A stretch of DNA of 64,000 nt, from positions 22,912 to 86,911 of IMG/VR virus record IMGVR_UViG_3300046170_000450; one strand, written 5' to 3'. The stretch is from a virus. Positions 10,944 to 18,133 of this stretch are shown piece after piece. Each line of letters starts with the position of its first letter. The first letter of the stretch is position 1. The position numbers and the translations under genes were made by a program. Under the pieces are notes generated by a model. That model had not been told where the DNA came from, made no database searches, and saw only the letters and a program-made list of their open reading frames with translations.

Positions 10944-11117
10944 GCTGTGCTTTGTATTTCTTTTCTGTGTTCTTCGTAGGTTTCGATGTACTCCTGCAAG
11001 TCGCCAAGTGTTTCAAACCTAGCTAGTTTTTCTTCGTCTTCCATGCACTCTACCACAATGTCTCCACCTTCTTCGTAGTGTTCGTAACAGTATTCATTTA
11101 TTTGTTCGATTGTCATA

Positions 11118-11459
11118 TTATAGTTCCTCCCATCCGACTGATTTACACATTAAGGTTGTTGGGTGTCCGTTAGAATCACGGATCTTAACGACATCGCCAA
11201 CGCTTGTCGAGTGAAAAGTTTCCTTGTCCGAGCAGTTTTCCCACAGAGCCAAAAGAATTTTTTCGTGCGCTTTGGTTATAAGCTCAATCGGTGCGTTGGT
11301 TACGTGAAACAAAAGCTCAGCAAGCTTTGACGGAATGTGTGGATAATCGATGTGTTCTGCATTCAGTCGAACAGAGAAAACGCATTTTCGAGCGACTTCC
11401 CATTTCTGAACAAAAGGTTCATCTTCAGAGCGGTGTAGTGATAAGGTTATTGTTTTCAT
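11118..11459 (-). CDS. YodL-like domain protein
   Basis: C-terminal HSTSVGDVVKI...C.SVGWEEL resembles the YodL HSLSVGDVV...DSFGF motif. Confidence 0.5.
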   Translation of the reverse strand: MKTITLSLHRSEDEPFVQKWEVARKCVFSVRLNAEHIDYPHIPSKLAELLFHVTNAPIELITKAHEKILLALWENCSDKETFHSTSVGDVVKIRDSNGHPTTLMCKSVGWEEL

Positions 11460-11497
11460 ATTAGTATAATGTATTATTTTTTGTGATTAGTCAAGCA

Positions 11498-11788
11498 TTA
11501 CTTTGCATAAGACGCATCGTAACCATTTTCTTCTAAGATTTGAATAATTGACGGAGATAGAGCAAAAACTCCATCATAGTCAACCAACTCTTTGCCCTCA
11601 AACCAAAGACCTCCTTCGGCATACCATTCTCCTCCTCCTGTTTTTTCATCGTACATTTCAAACGAGCCATAGTTTTTGTTTGGCTGTACATGCACGGATA
11701 TATTCATCTGCACTCCATTTTCTTCACGGATTGTTCCGAATGAGTTTTCGAGGGCGAGGTCTTCAGTAGTTGTTTTTGTGATGTTCAT
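11498..11788 (-). CDS. hypothetical protein
   Basis: 96 aa ORF with its own sigma70-like promoter; EGGLWFEGKELVDYDGVF motif. Confidence 0.65.
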   Translation of the reverse strand: MNITKTTTEDLALENSFGTIREENGVQMNISVHVQPNKNYGSFEMYDEKTGGGEWYAEGGLWFEGKELVDYDGVFALSPSIIQILEENGYDASYAK

Positions 11789-11859
11789 ATTAGTATAATG
11801 TATTATTTGATTCGGCGAGTCAACCCCTTTTTTAAAATTTATTTAAATTTATTTAAATT

Positions 11860-11938
11860 CGTAAGTTGTTGATTATCAAGCACTTGCGGGTCTGCACTGG
11901 CCCCCGCCGCGCAAGTCGTTGACCACCAAGGACTTACA
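11860..11938. repeat. 79-bp double-palindrome element, copy 5
   Basis: CGTAAGTTGTTGA-TTA-TCAAGCACTTGCG / 21 bp / CGCAAGTCGTTGA-CCA-CCAAGGACTTACA. Confidence 0.95.
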
Positions 11939-12049
11939 GAACTCTTAATCCATATAGCGAAAAGCCGCCTTACCCCAAACACACAAAGGGTAAGACGGCA
12001 CACACACGTTGCACACACTACAACAAAAGAATTCAAGCTGGCTTTAAAA

Positions 12050-12140
12050 TGGCAGAGAAGATGGGATTCGAACCCATGGAACCTTTTTGAGGTTCACCTC
12101 TTTAGCAAAGAAGCGCTTTCGACCGCTCAGCCACTTCTCT
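12050..12140 (-). tRNA. tRNA-Ser(GCT)
   Basis: Cloverleaf with long variable arm, anticodon loop TT-GCT-AA, GGTTCGAATCC T-arm, encoded CCA. Confidence 0.92.
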
Positions 12141-12220
12141 AGAAATTTAAGCCGCCTCGCCCTAACCGCAAGATAGTCACAAGACGAGACGGCACACACA
12201 CATGTTACAACAACAAAAGG

Positions 12221-12472
12221 TTAGACAAGTTTAATTTTTTCGATTCTGTGCTTATAGAAAGAACGGATGCCGCTATGCTTCGCGCCAGTGGCGTAAGAGT
12301 AGGTATTGAACATATCGCCCAAGTCTTCAATGAAGTTCATGTCAATGACATAAGAGCCGACAGTTTCATCAGACTTTTTCTTGTAGGTGATTTGAGCCAT
12401 ATTATTCTTAGCGAAAGCGCGACGAACAGCAAGGCGGGTTTTTTGGATTGGATTTAGTTTTAGGTTTTTCAT
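12221..12472 (-). CDS. WYL-like (SH3-fold) small protein
   Basis: ITYKKK...GIRSFYKHRIEKIKLV resembles the WYL-domain Y...R.F..DRI..I signature. Confidence 0.45.
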   Translation of the reverse strand: MKNLKLNPIQKTRLAVRRAFAKNNMAQITYKKKSDETVGSYVIDMNFIEDLGDMFNTYSYATGAKHSGIRSFYKHRIEKIKLV

Positions 12473-12533
12473 GTTTTCTTTTCTCCGTTTTGGATTTTCG
12501 ATTGTTAAGATTATATCTTAGCAGATTTTTATG

Positions 12534-12836
12534 TTATGTCAATACTTTTTTAGGAAGTTTTGCGATTTTTTCTAACAAGTCATTAGCAGAGTCTACATTA
12601 AGGAAGCCTGCGACATCGTCTGTAATTTCTGGGTGTTTGGCAATGCATCCATTCTCATCCAGCAATGCAAGCTCTAAGCCGTAAGAAGAATCGTGTAGGA
12701 CTACAGAAGCTCCATAGCCATTAGGAAACTCAAAAATCTTTTGCCAACCAAAAAGTTCTTTACGTTCGGTTAATGTCATAGTGTGATGAGAGGTGGATGA
12801 GACTTTGAATATTTGTTGTATGGTGTCTTTGTTCAT
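12534..12836 (-). CDS. conserved phage hypothetical protein
   Basis: FPNGYGASVV...SYG.ELA.L.......ITDDV.GFL pattern; start uncertain. Confidence 0.6.
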   Translation of the reverse strand: MNKDTIQQIFKVSSTSHHTMTLTERKELFGWQKIFEFPNGYGASVVLHDSSYGLELALLDENGCIAKHPEITDDVAGFLNVDSANDLLEKIAKLPKKVLT

Positions 12837-13130
12837 AAGGCGTATAATATTATTATTTGTTTTGGTTGTCAAGGTTTTGTTTGAAGTTTCTTCTCCACCT
12901 CGCAAGACCAAGCATTCCTATGCGCTTGAAGGTCTCCCAATTTGGCTTGGGGTCTGACAGTTCTAGCCATATTTTCATTCTTCGTTTGGGATCTATATTC
13001 ACACCTAATAGTATACCAAACCGAATCGAAATAGCAAGCAAATAAATAGCAAATCGAACACTTTTTTACGGCAAATAGTGTAAAGTATTGATAGTCAAGG
13101 ACTTCGGGAACAAAAAAAACTTACAGGTTC

Positions 13131-13209
13131 TGTAAGTTGCTGACTATCAAAGACTTGCGGGTCGGGGCGGGCCCTGGCCTCGCAAGTCGTTGAGAAACAA
13201 GGACTTACA
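13131..13209. repeat. 79-bp double-palindrome element, copy 6 (extra degenerate half-site at 13079-13107)
   Basis: TGTAAGTTGCTGA-CTA-TCAAAGACTTGCG / 21 bp / CGCAAGTCGTTGA-GAA-ACAAGGACTTACA. Confidence 0.95.
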
Positions 13210-13399
13210 CAGTCCCAACGTGCTCCCCGTCGCGCTCGATCGCCCAGCCCTCGTAGAGGTCGATATGCCTCACGTCACCACGCCCAACAGTAGGGCAGTA
13301 GATCATGGCGAGTTGCCCGCAAGAATAGGTGAACATCACCTGCACAGTGCGAGCGTGGTTGCGAGTCGGGCGGAGGAGATCGTCTTTTTTGATTATCAT
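13205..13399 (-). CDS. small hypothetical protein (leaderless)
   Basis: TTGACA-N16-TAGACT-N6-ATG; TAA stop supplied by element copy 6. Confidence 0.65.
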   Translation of the reverse strand: MIIKKDDLLRPTRNHARTVQVMFTYSCGQLAMIYCPTVGRGDVRHIDLYEGWAIERDGEHVGTV

Positions 13400-13470
13400 G
13401 ACTACAGTCTAACAAAAAAAATCGTTCTGTCAACTGTTTTTTTAAAAAAAATTAAAAAAAATTTAGATTA

Positions 13471-13549
13471 CATAAGTTATTGATCACCAAGTACTTGCGC
13501 CGCTCACGCCGCCCCCGCCCCGCAAGTCGTTGACTATCAAGGACTTATG
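13471..13549. repeat. 79-bp double-palindrome element, copy 7
   Basis: CATAAGTTATTGA-TCA-CCAAGTACTTGCG / 21 bp / CGCAAGTCGTTGA-CTA-TCAAGGACTTATG. Confidence 0.95.
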
Positions 13550-13743
13550 AGTTCCTCTTCTCTCTCTTCGCGGACTAGGTCAAAGACCTCGGCTAGGGTC
13601 TTCACCTCACCCGTTTCGCCGTTGGTGAGGGTTTCCTTGTTGCCACAAGGCTCGCAGAATTCGAGCCAGTCGCTACCGAGAACGAGGGTGTTGGTACCGC
13701 CCATAGGGCGGCGAGTGTCGCAGAAACAGCAATGATCAGCCAT
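13537..13743 (-). CDS. small zinc-finger-like protein
   Basis: CCFC...FCEPC; TGA stop inside element copy 7. Confidence 0.6.
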   Translation of the reverse strand: MADHCCFCDTRRPMGGTNTLVLGSDWLEFCEPCGNKETLTNGETGEVKTLAEVFDLVREEREEELISP

Positions 13744-13763
13744 AATTTTTTGTGTGGTTAGGG

Positions 13764-13958
13764 TTAGCGGAAGTCAGCGTTGTGCATGAGTTCCTGTTGG
13801 AAAAGTCGCTCTTGGCGTTGAGCCTCGCCACGCTCGCGCTCGGATTGCTCGCGAAGCATTGCAGTTTCAAACTCGGCGAACTCAGCCTCGGACAAGTCAG
13901 CCCAAGGGTCGAAGGAAGCAGGAGTGGCGGAAGGAGTGGATGTATTTTTGATTGTCAT
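13764..13958 (-). CDS. small hypothetical protein (leaderless)
   Basis: TTGACA-N16-TATTCT-N7-ATG upstream. Confidence 0.6.
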   Translation of the reverse strand: MTIKNTSTPSATPASFDPWADLSEAEFAEFETAMLREQSERERGEAQRQERLFQQELMHNADFR

Positions 13959-14012
13959 AATTAAAAGAATAAGAAAAAAGGTTAGGCTGTCAAGGCTTTT
14001 GCGAAAAAAAGA

Positions 14013-14252
14013 TTAGAAATCTGACATTCTTTCTTCGCGTTCCATCGCGTCCCAAGCCTCGTCGTCGAGTTGCTTTTGAGAAGGGACAGGAAGCGGAGCG
14101 ACCTCGTCGAGGCGAGAGACGGGAACCCACTGTTCGCCGCCATCTTCATCCAAGACCCAAGCGAGACCCATCTTGACGTCACCGACAAAGACAGGGATGG
14201 AAAGATCGAGGAGGGCTTCTGTGCCAGATTTGATTTGTGTTGTAGTTATCAT
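14013..14252 (-). CDS. small acidic hypothetical protein (leaderless)
   Basis: TTGACT-N17-TACAAT-N6-ATG; resembles 17903-18133 (V.D.DG.E..V....L). Confidence 0.65.
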   Translation of the reverse strand: MITTTQIKSGTEALLDLSIPVFVGDVKMGLAWVLDEDGGEQWVPVSRLDEVAPLPVPSQKQLDDEAWDAMEREERMSDF

Positions 14253-14377
14253 ACGAGTATTGTATCAGAGAAAATCGGAAAAGTCAACCCCTAAACGCAT
14301 CTTTTTTTGCTTTTTTTTAACTTTTTTTTCGTGCGGCAGATTGGCACGGCAATTGACACGAGCGCAGTTCGGGGTTT

Positions 14378-14456
14378 CGTAAGTCGTTGTATATCAAGCA
14401 CTTGCGCGGCGGGGCGGGCCCCCGACCCGTAAGTCGTTGACTATCAGTAACTTACA
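14378..14456. repeat. 79-bp double-palindrome element, copy 8
   Basis: CGTAAGTCGTTGT-ATA-TCAAGCACTTGCG / 21 bp / CGTAAGTCGTTGA-CTA-TCAGTAACTTACA. Confidence 0.95.
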
Positions 14457-14880
14457 GATGCTTTGAGACCTTTGTCCAATAAATTTCTAGATTTTTTTGC
14501 TTTTGGTCGCTCTTTGGATTTGCAACACGCTTCCAAGCTGATCCGCCCCCGTTCCATATAAAAGCAAGATGTTTTGCGTTTAACTTTTCACCATTGCGTT
14601 TGATATACTTTTCATAGTGACGAAAGATTCCGATTGCGATATTGTGAGAAGTCAAGCGGTTTGACATTTGCTGATGTTTTACATTCGTGCCGTAGATACG
14701 ATTATAGTCGTCCAACATGATTGGTCTGATCTGAAGAGAGCCTAACGCTTTTTCGCTTTCGTTATAAGCAGAAGGATTGCAATTGCTTTCCACTTTTTCT
14801 AAAGCAATAATTAAATCAGTTAATGTTGCACCTTGCGCGATTGATGCGCAGATGGCGAATATTAGTATTAGTTTTTTCAT
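14452..14880 (-). CDS. secreted lysozyme-like / lytic transglycosylase (SLT/destabilase-like) protein
   Basis: Signal peptide MKKLILIFAICASIAQGA, catalytic-Glu motif VES..NP.A, G.LQI, WNGG; TAA stop supplied by element copy 8. Confidence 0.7.
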   Translation of the reverse strand: MKKLILIFAICASIAQGATLTDLIIALEKVESNCNPSAYNESEKALGSLQIRPIMLDDYNRIYGTNVKHQQMSNRLTSHNIAIGIFRHYEKYIKRNGEKLNAKHLAFIWNGGGSAWKRVANPKSDQKQKNLEIYWTKVSKHL

Positions 14881-14925
14881 AGTGTTTTTTTAAAAAACTT
14901 TCGATTTCGTTTTGAGGATGTAGGC

Positions 14926-15135
14926 TCATACAAGAAAAGTAACGTTTATCGGTTTTCCTTCTGGGTGCATTTCAGATATCCCCCTATAGTGTAAGGGAAT
15001 GTCTTCTACATAGGTCGATGCCCCGTGGTATTTTGTGCGCACGTAGCACTTAGCGTTTTGCGGCATTTCTTTTAGCTTCGCGATCACCTCCGCAACTGTA
15101 GGTGCGTCCCCGTATTTCCTGTATTTAGTTTCCAT
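14926..15135 (-). CDS. small hypothetical protein
   Basis: 69 aa ORF, TV.E.IAKL.EMP..A motif. Confidence 0.6.
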   Translation of the reverse strand: METKYRKYGDAPTVAEVIAKLKEMPQNAKCYVRTKYHGASTYVEDIPLHYRGISEMHPEGKPINVTFLV

Positions 15136-15421
15136 TATTTAAAACATCGCCTTTGATACTGCCTTTGACACTTCCCCAGATATTGCCCCTAACATCTCTG
15201 TAGATATTGCCGCCGACATAGCCTCCAATAGAGCCTTTTACATTGCCTCTGATACTGCCTTCAATAGTACCCCTAACATCGCTCCATATATTACCTTCTA
15301 CAAAGCCATAAACATAGCCGTGGATATCGCCTTCGACATTCAAAACCCTAAGGTTTCCCTCGGAGTCGCGTTTGAACGAAACGAGTTTTTTGATTTCTTC
15401 TAGTGTTGGTTCTTTTTTCAT
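15125..15421 (-). CDS. small beta-helix repeat protein (G-x-[IV]-x tetrapeptide repeats)
   Basis: GDIH-GYVY-GFVE-GNIW-SDVR-GTIE-GSIR-GNVK-GSIG-GYVG-GNIY repeats. Confidence 0.65.
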   Translation of the reverse strand: MKKEPTLEEIKKLVSFKRDSEGNLRVLNVEGDIHGYVYGFVEGNIWSDVRGTIEGSIRGNVKGSIGGYVGGNIYRDVRGNIWGSVKGSIKGDVLNNGN

Positions 15422-15654
15422 AGTGTTTTTTTAAAAAACTTTCGATTTCGTTTTGAGACACAGAGAACCCCGTCAGAGTATCCAATGTCCGTGGCGTATC
15501 CAGATTTTATAAATTTGCGCTCTAATTCTTGGAGCCGTAAGTGATAGTGGCACTCTTCGTAGTCTGTTGGCACATATATGCGAACGACCATTTCTAGTGG
15601 TTCGTCTGGCGTCATTCCCCACCCGATATGTTTTCTTTGAAATGTTAGCTTCAT
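15418..15654 (-). CDS. hypothetical protein
   Basis: 78 aa ORF downstream of a TTGACA-N16-CATACT promoter. Confidence 0.55.
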   Translation of the reverse strand: MKLTFQRKHIGWGMTPDEPLEMVVRIYVPTDYEECHYHLRLQELERKFIKSGYATDIGYSDGVLCVSKRNRKFFKKTL

Positions 15655-15678
15655 AGTTTATATTGGTTTGTAGTATGG

Positions 15679-15858
15679 TTATTTTTGTTCGATTGTCAAG
15701 CGATTTTGGAAAGTTTTTTCCATTAATTTTTGCTCGGTGCGACCATAGATTGCGCCCCAATTCTTGGCAGGGATCGCAGGGTAGAGTTTGCGTTGAGTGT
15801 TGTAGCTCGCTTGCGTGAGGTGGTCGATTACCGAATCAATTTCTTTATTTGTTATCAT
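15679..15858 (-). CDS. 59 aa hypothetical protein, paralog A
   Basis: Hand translation MITNKEIDSVIDHLTQASYNTQRKLYP...LTIEQK*; leaderless promoter; paralog at 17660-17839. Confidence 0.75.
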   Translation of the reverse strand: MITNKEIDSVIDHLTQASYNTQRKLYPAIPAKNWGAIYGRTEQKLMEKTFQNRLTIEQK

Positions 15859-15927
15859 GCTTACAGTATGGGGATAAAAACGAGAAAGTCAACCCTTTTT
15901 TTAATTTTTTTAACTTTTTTTCAGTTG

Positions 15928-16006
15928 CGTAAGTCATTCACTATCAAGCACTTGCGTGGCGCGGGCGGCCCTGGCCCCGCAAGTCGTTGATATTCAAGGA
16001 CTTACA
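15928..16006. repeat. 79-bp double-palindrome element, copy 9
   Basis: CGTAAGTCATTCA-CTA-TCAAGCACTTGCG / 21 bp / CGCAAGTCGTTGA-TAT-TCAAGGACTTACA. Confidence 0.95.
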
Positions 16007-16139
16007 TGATTGCGTTTATCGCAACCCCTGAGACGGTGTCAAACATTTTTTGAAACCAGCCAATTTTGTTTGCGATGAAGTAAGTGCAAGCCGCGATTGT
16101 CAAGCAAATTGCAGTTGTTTTGTCAATTATTATTTTCAT
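16002..16139 (-). CDS. 45 aa hydrophobic peptide
   Basis: Hand translation MKIIIDKTTAICLTIAACTYFIANKIGWFQKMFDTVSGVAINAIM*; TAA supplied by element copy 9. Confidence 0.5.
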   Translation of the reverse strand: MKIIIDKTTAICLTIAACTYFIANKIGWFQKMFDTVSGVAINAIM

Positions 16140-16453
16140 TTTATTTTATTGCGTTGTCGATTTCCTCAAAGCGATGCCAAGAGCTTTCTTTGATTTGTTG
16201 AGCTTTGTCGTCGAGCTTAAGCCCGACGAACATTGCTAACCCAAGAATTAATCCAAAAAGAACAAGAGCTAAAATTTCCCAAATTTTCATTTTTTTTATT
16301 CTCCGATTGGGTAGCCTTGCTCTATCCAAGCTTGGCGTTGTAAGTCTTCTCTTTCAGTCTCTCGGTCGAGCGACATGATTAGAAAAGCAGTAAGGACTCC
16401 ACACATTACAAGTAGGCAGAGGGCGAGGGTTTTTGTTTCGTTGTCCATTAGTA

Positions 16454-16711
16454 TTATTTTGATTGGTGGTATTCAGCCATATATTGAACGCTTCTTTCAA
16501 GCTTGTCAAGTATATCTTGAGGGTTAATTCCTTCAGCGATCTTGAGGTTGTTAAGAATCTCTACGTCGCTAGCACGACCGCCGAGTTCACGACCGAAGCC
16601 ATAGCGACCATCTGTAAAAGAACAGCGACCATAAGTGATATCAGTCAAAACCATAGGCTTGTTGTCAACGATGTAAGCCTTACCGAGTGTGAGTGTGTTT
16701 AGTGTTTCCAT
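16454..16711 (-). CDS. hypothetical protein (leaderless)
   Basis: TTGACA-N16-CATACT-N7-ATG. Confidence 0.65.
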   Translation of the reverse strand: METLNTLTLGKAYIVDNKPMVLTDITYGRCSFTDGRYGFGRELGGRASDVEILNNLKIAEGINPQDILDKLERSVQYMAEYHQSK

Positions 16712-17017
16712 GATTAACAGTATGTTTATTTTTGTGTGATTGTCAAGCGATTTTGGAAAGTTTTTTGAGAATTATTAAAGATCCAAAAGAAGCGTTTCCC
16801 AAGTATCAAGCTCGGCGGCGTGGAACTCTGCCTTGTCAAGATCATTCTTTTCAAGTGCTTTTTCGTAACGAGCCTTGTGCAGGGCAATTTTCTTTTGTAT
16901 GGATTCTTTTTTAAGCATGATTACAGTATGGTTAAAAGTAGTGGAAAGTCAAGCGGTTTTTTTAAAAAAAGTAAAAAAAAGTTTTTTTAAATTGGCACGG
17001 AGTTTGAACAGCGGTTT

Positions 17018-17096
17018 CGTAAGTGCTTGATTACCAAGGACTTGCGCGGCGCGGGGGGCCGCAGGCTCGCAAGTCGCTGATATTCAACGACTTACG
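17018..17096. repeat. 79-bp double-palindrome element, copy 10
   Basis: CGTAAGTGCTTGA-TTA-CCAAGGACTTGCG / 21 bp / CGCAAGTCGCTGA-TAT-TCAACGACTTACG. Confidence 0.95.
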
Positions 17097-17103
17097 AAGT
17101 TGG

Positions 17104-17286
17104 CTAAGGGTTCTGGTCGACGACTTCGTCGCCGCACCAGATCATCCAATCTTGACAAGGGCGGGCGAACTCGTAAGCCGCATCAAGACCTCGGCGAGAC
17201 TTCGGAAAGTCGCGAACTTGTTCAAGCATTTCGCCTGAGTTAGAAAAATCTGCGGTAGTGACTGTGTATTTTTTATTGTTTATCAT
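17104..17286 (-). CDS. small hypothetical protein (leaderless)
   Basis: TTGACA-N16-TATTGT-N7-ATG; stop 7 nt from element copy 10. Confidence 0.6.
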   Translation of the reverse strand: MINNKKYTVTTADFSNSGEMLEQVRDFPKSRRGLDAAYEFARPCQDWMIWCGDEVVDQNP

Positions 17287-17659
17287 GTATACTACAATAG
17301 GGATTCAAGCGGTGATGTCAAGCTTATCGTAAACTTTTTTTAATTTTTTTTAACGATTCTTTAGGCGAACCATCACATCTTTATTTTCTTCAAGGGTCTG
17401 AGCGAAAAGAGCGTCGCAAAACACTCGCCATTCTTCTTCAGTGATGATGCCATCGTTGAGAGCGAACCACATCTTTTGATATTCTGCGCGTGTAATTTTA
17501 TCTTTCATAATTATTTGCATTCGGATTTTTCGAGACGGACTAAGCCGCGAACTTCTAAGCAAGAAGCGATGAAGTCAGCCCAGTCATAATCCATTTCATC
17601 GAGGGCTGCCCAGTATTGGCGAGAGAAGTGCAGTTGTTCATTCATGTTTTATAGTATGG

Positions 17660-17839
17660 TTATTTTTGTGCGATTGTCAACTGTTTTTGAAAATTATTTT
17701 CAAGTTTTTTAGCCACGCCCTCGCCGTAGACTTTGCCCCAGCGACCAGCTTTGATCTCTGGGTAGAGTTTGCGTTGCGTGTTGTAGCTCACTTGCGTGAG
17801 GTGGTCAATGACGTTGTCGATTTCTTTATTGCTTATCAT
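17660..17839 (-). CDS. 59 aa hypothetical protein, paralog B
   Basis: Hand translation MISNKEIDNVIDHLTQVSYNTQRKLYP...LTIAQK*; TTGACA-N16-CATACT-N7-ATG. Confidence 0.75.
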   Translation of the reverse strand: MISNKEIDNVIDHLTQVSYNTQRKLYPEIKAGRWGKVYGEGVAKKLENNFQKQLTIAQK

Positions 17840-17902
17840 GTCTTACAGTATGGCTAAAAGTTGGGGCTTGTCAAGCTTATCGCAAAGTTTTTTTAATTTT
17901 TT

Positions 17903-18133
17903 TTAGTAGCGACCTATGCGAGCTAGAGATTTTTCTTCGCGAAGAAAGCTCTCTTCTTTTTCTTCTTCGCTCTCGATCAACTCGTCTTGTTCCAAGTCGC
18001 CGTATTTGACGAAGAACTCGCGACCGTCATCATCGGAAACAAGCACTTGTGGATAAAAGCCGTATGCGTCAATGACGAAGACAGTTGAGTTGTCAGTTGT
18101 GAGGAGAGCGGATTTGTTTTCTATTATGTTCAT
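17903..18133 (-). CDS. small acidic hypothetical protein (leaderless), first gene of the minus-strand small-gene block
   Basis: TTGACA-N17-CATTCT-N7-ATG. Confidence 0.65.
   Translation of the reverse strand: MNIIENKSALLTTDNSTVFVIDAYGFYPQVLVSDDDGREFFVKYGDLEQDELIESEEEKEESFLREEKSLARIGRY

Noticed and set aside
1320-13465. Recurrent TTTAAAAAAATTTAAAAAAA and AAATTTATTTAAATT words as specific operators
   Set aside because: Low-complexity A/T tracts, mostly upstream of -35 boxes, are adequately explained as UP elements or bends in an AT-rich genome.
7630-17096. CRISPR array interpretation of the 79-bp repeats
   Set aside because: Copies are degenerate and separated by 0.3-1.5 kb of genes. The internal 21-bp spacers resemble each other and are GC-rich. 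No cas genes were seen.
7630-17096. Classical integron (attC/IntI) or Xer dif sites
   Set aside because: No RYYYAAC...GTTRRRY ends, no dif consensus and no integrase in the window; cassettes carry their own promoters. Kept only as an analogy.
15679-17839. Diversity-generating retroelement TR/VR pair
   Set aside because: Differences between the paralogs are not adenine-specific, both are intact genes with promoters, and no reverse transcriptase is present.
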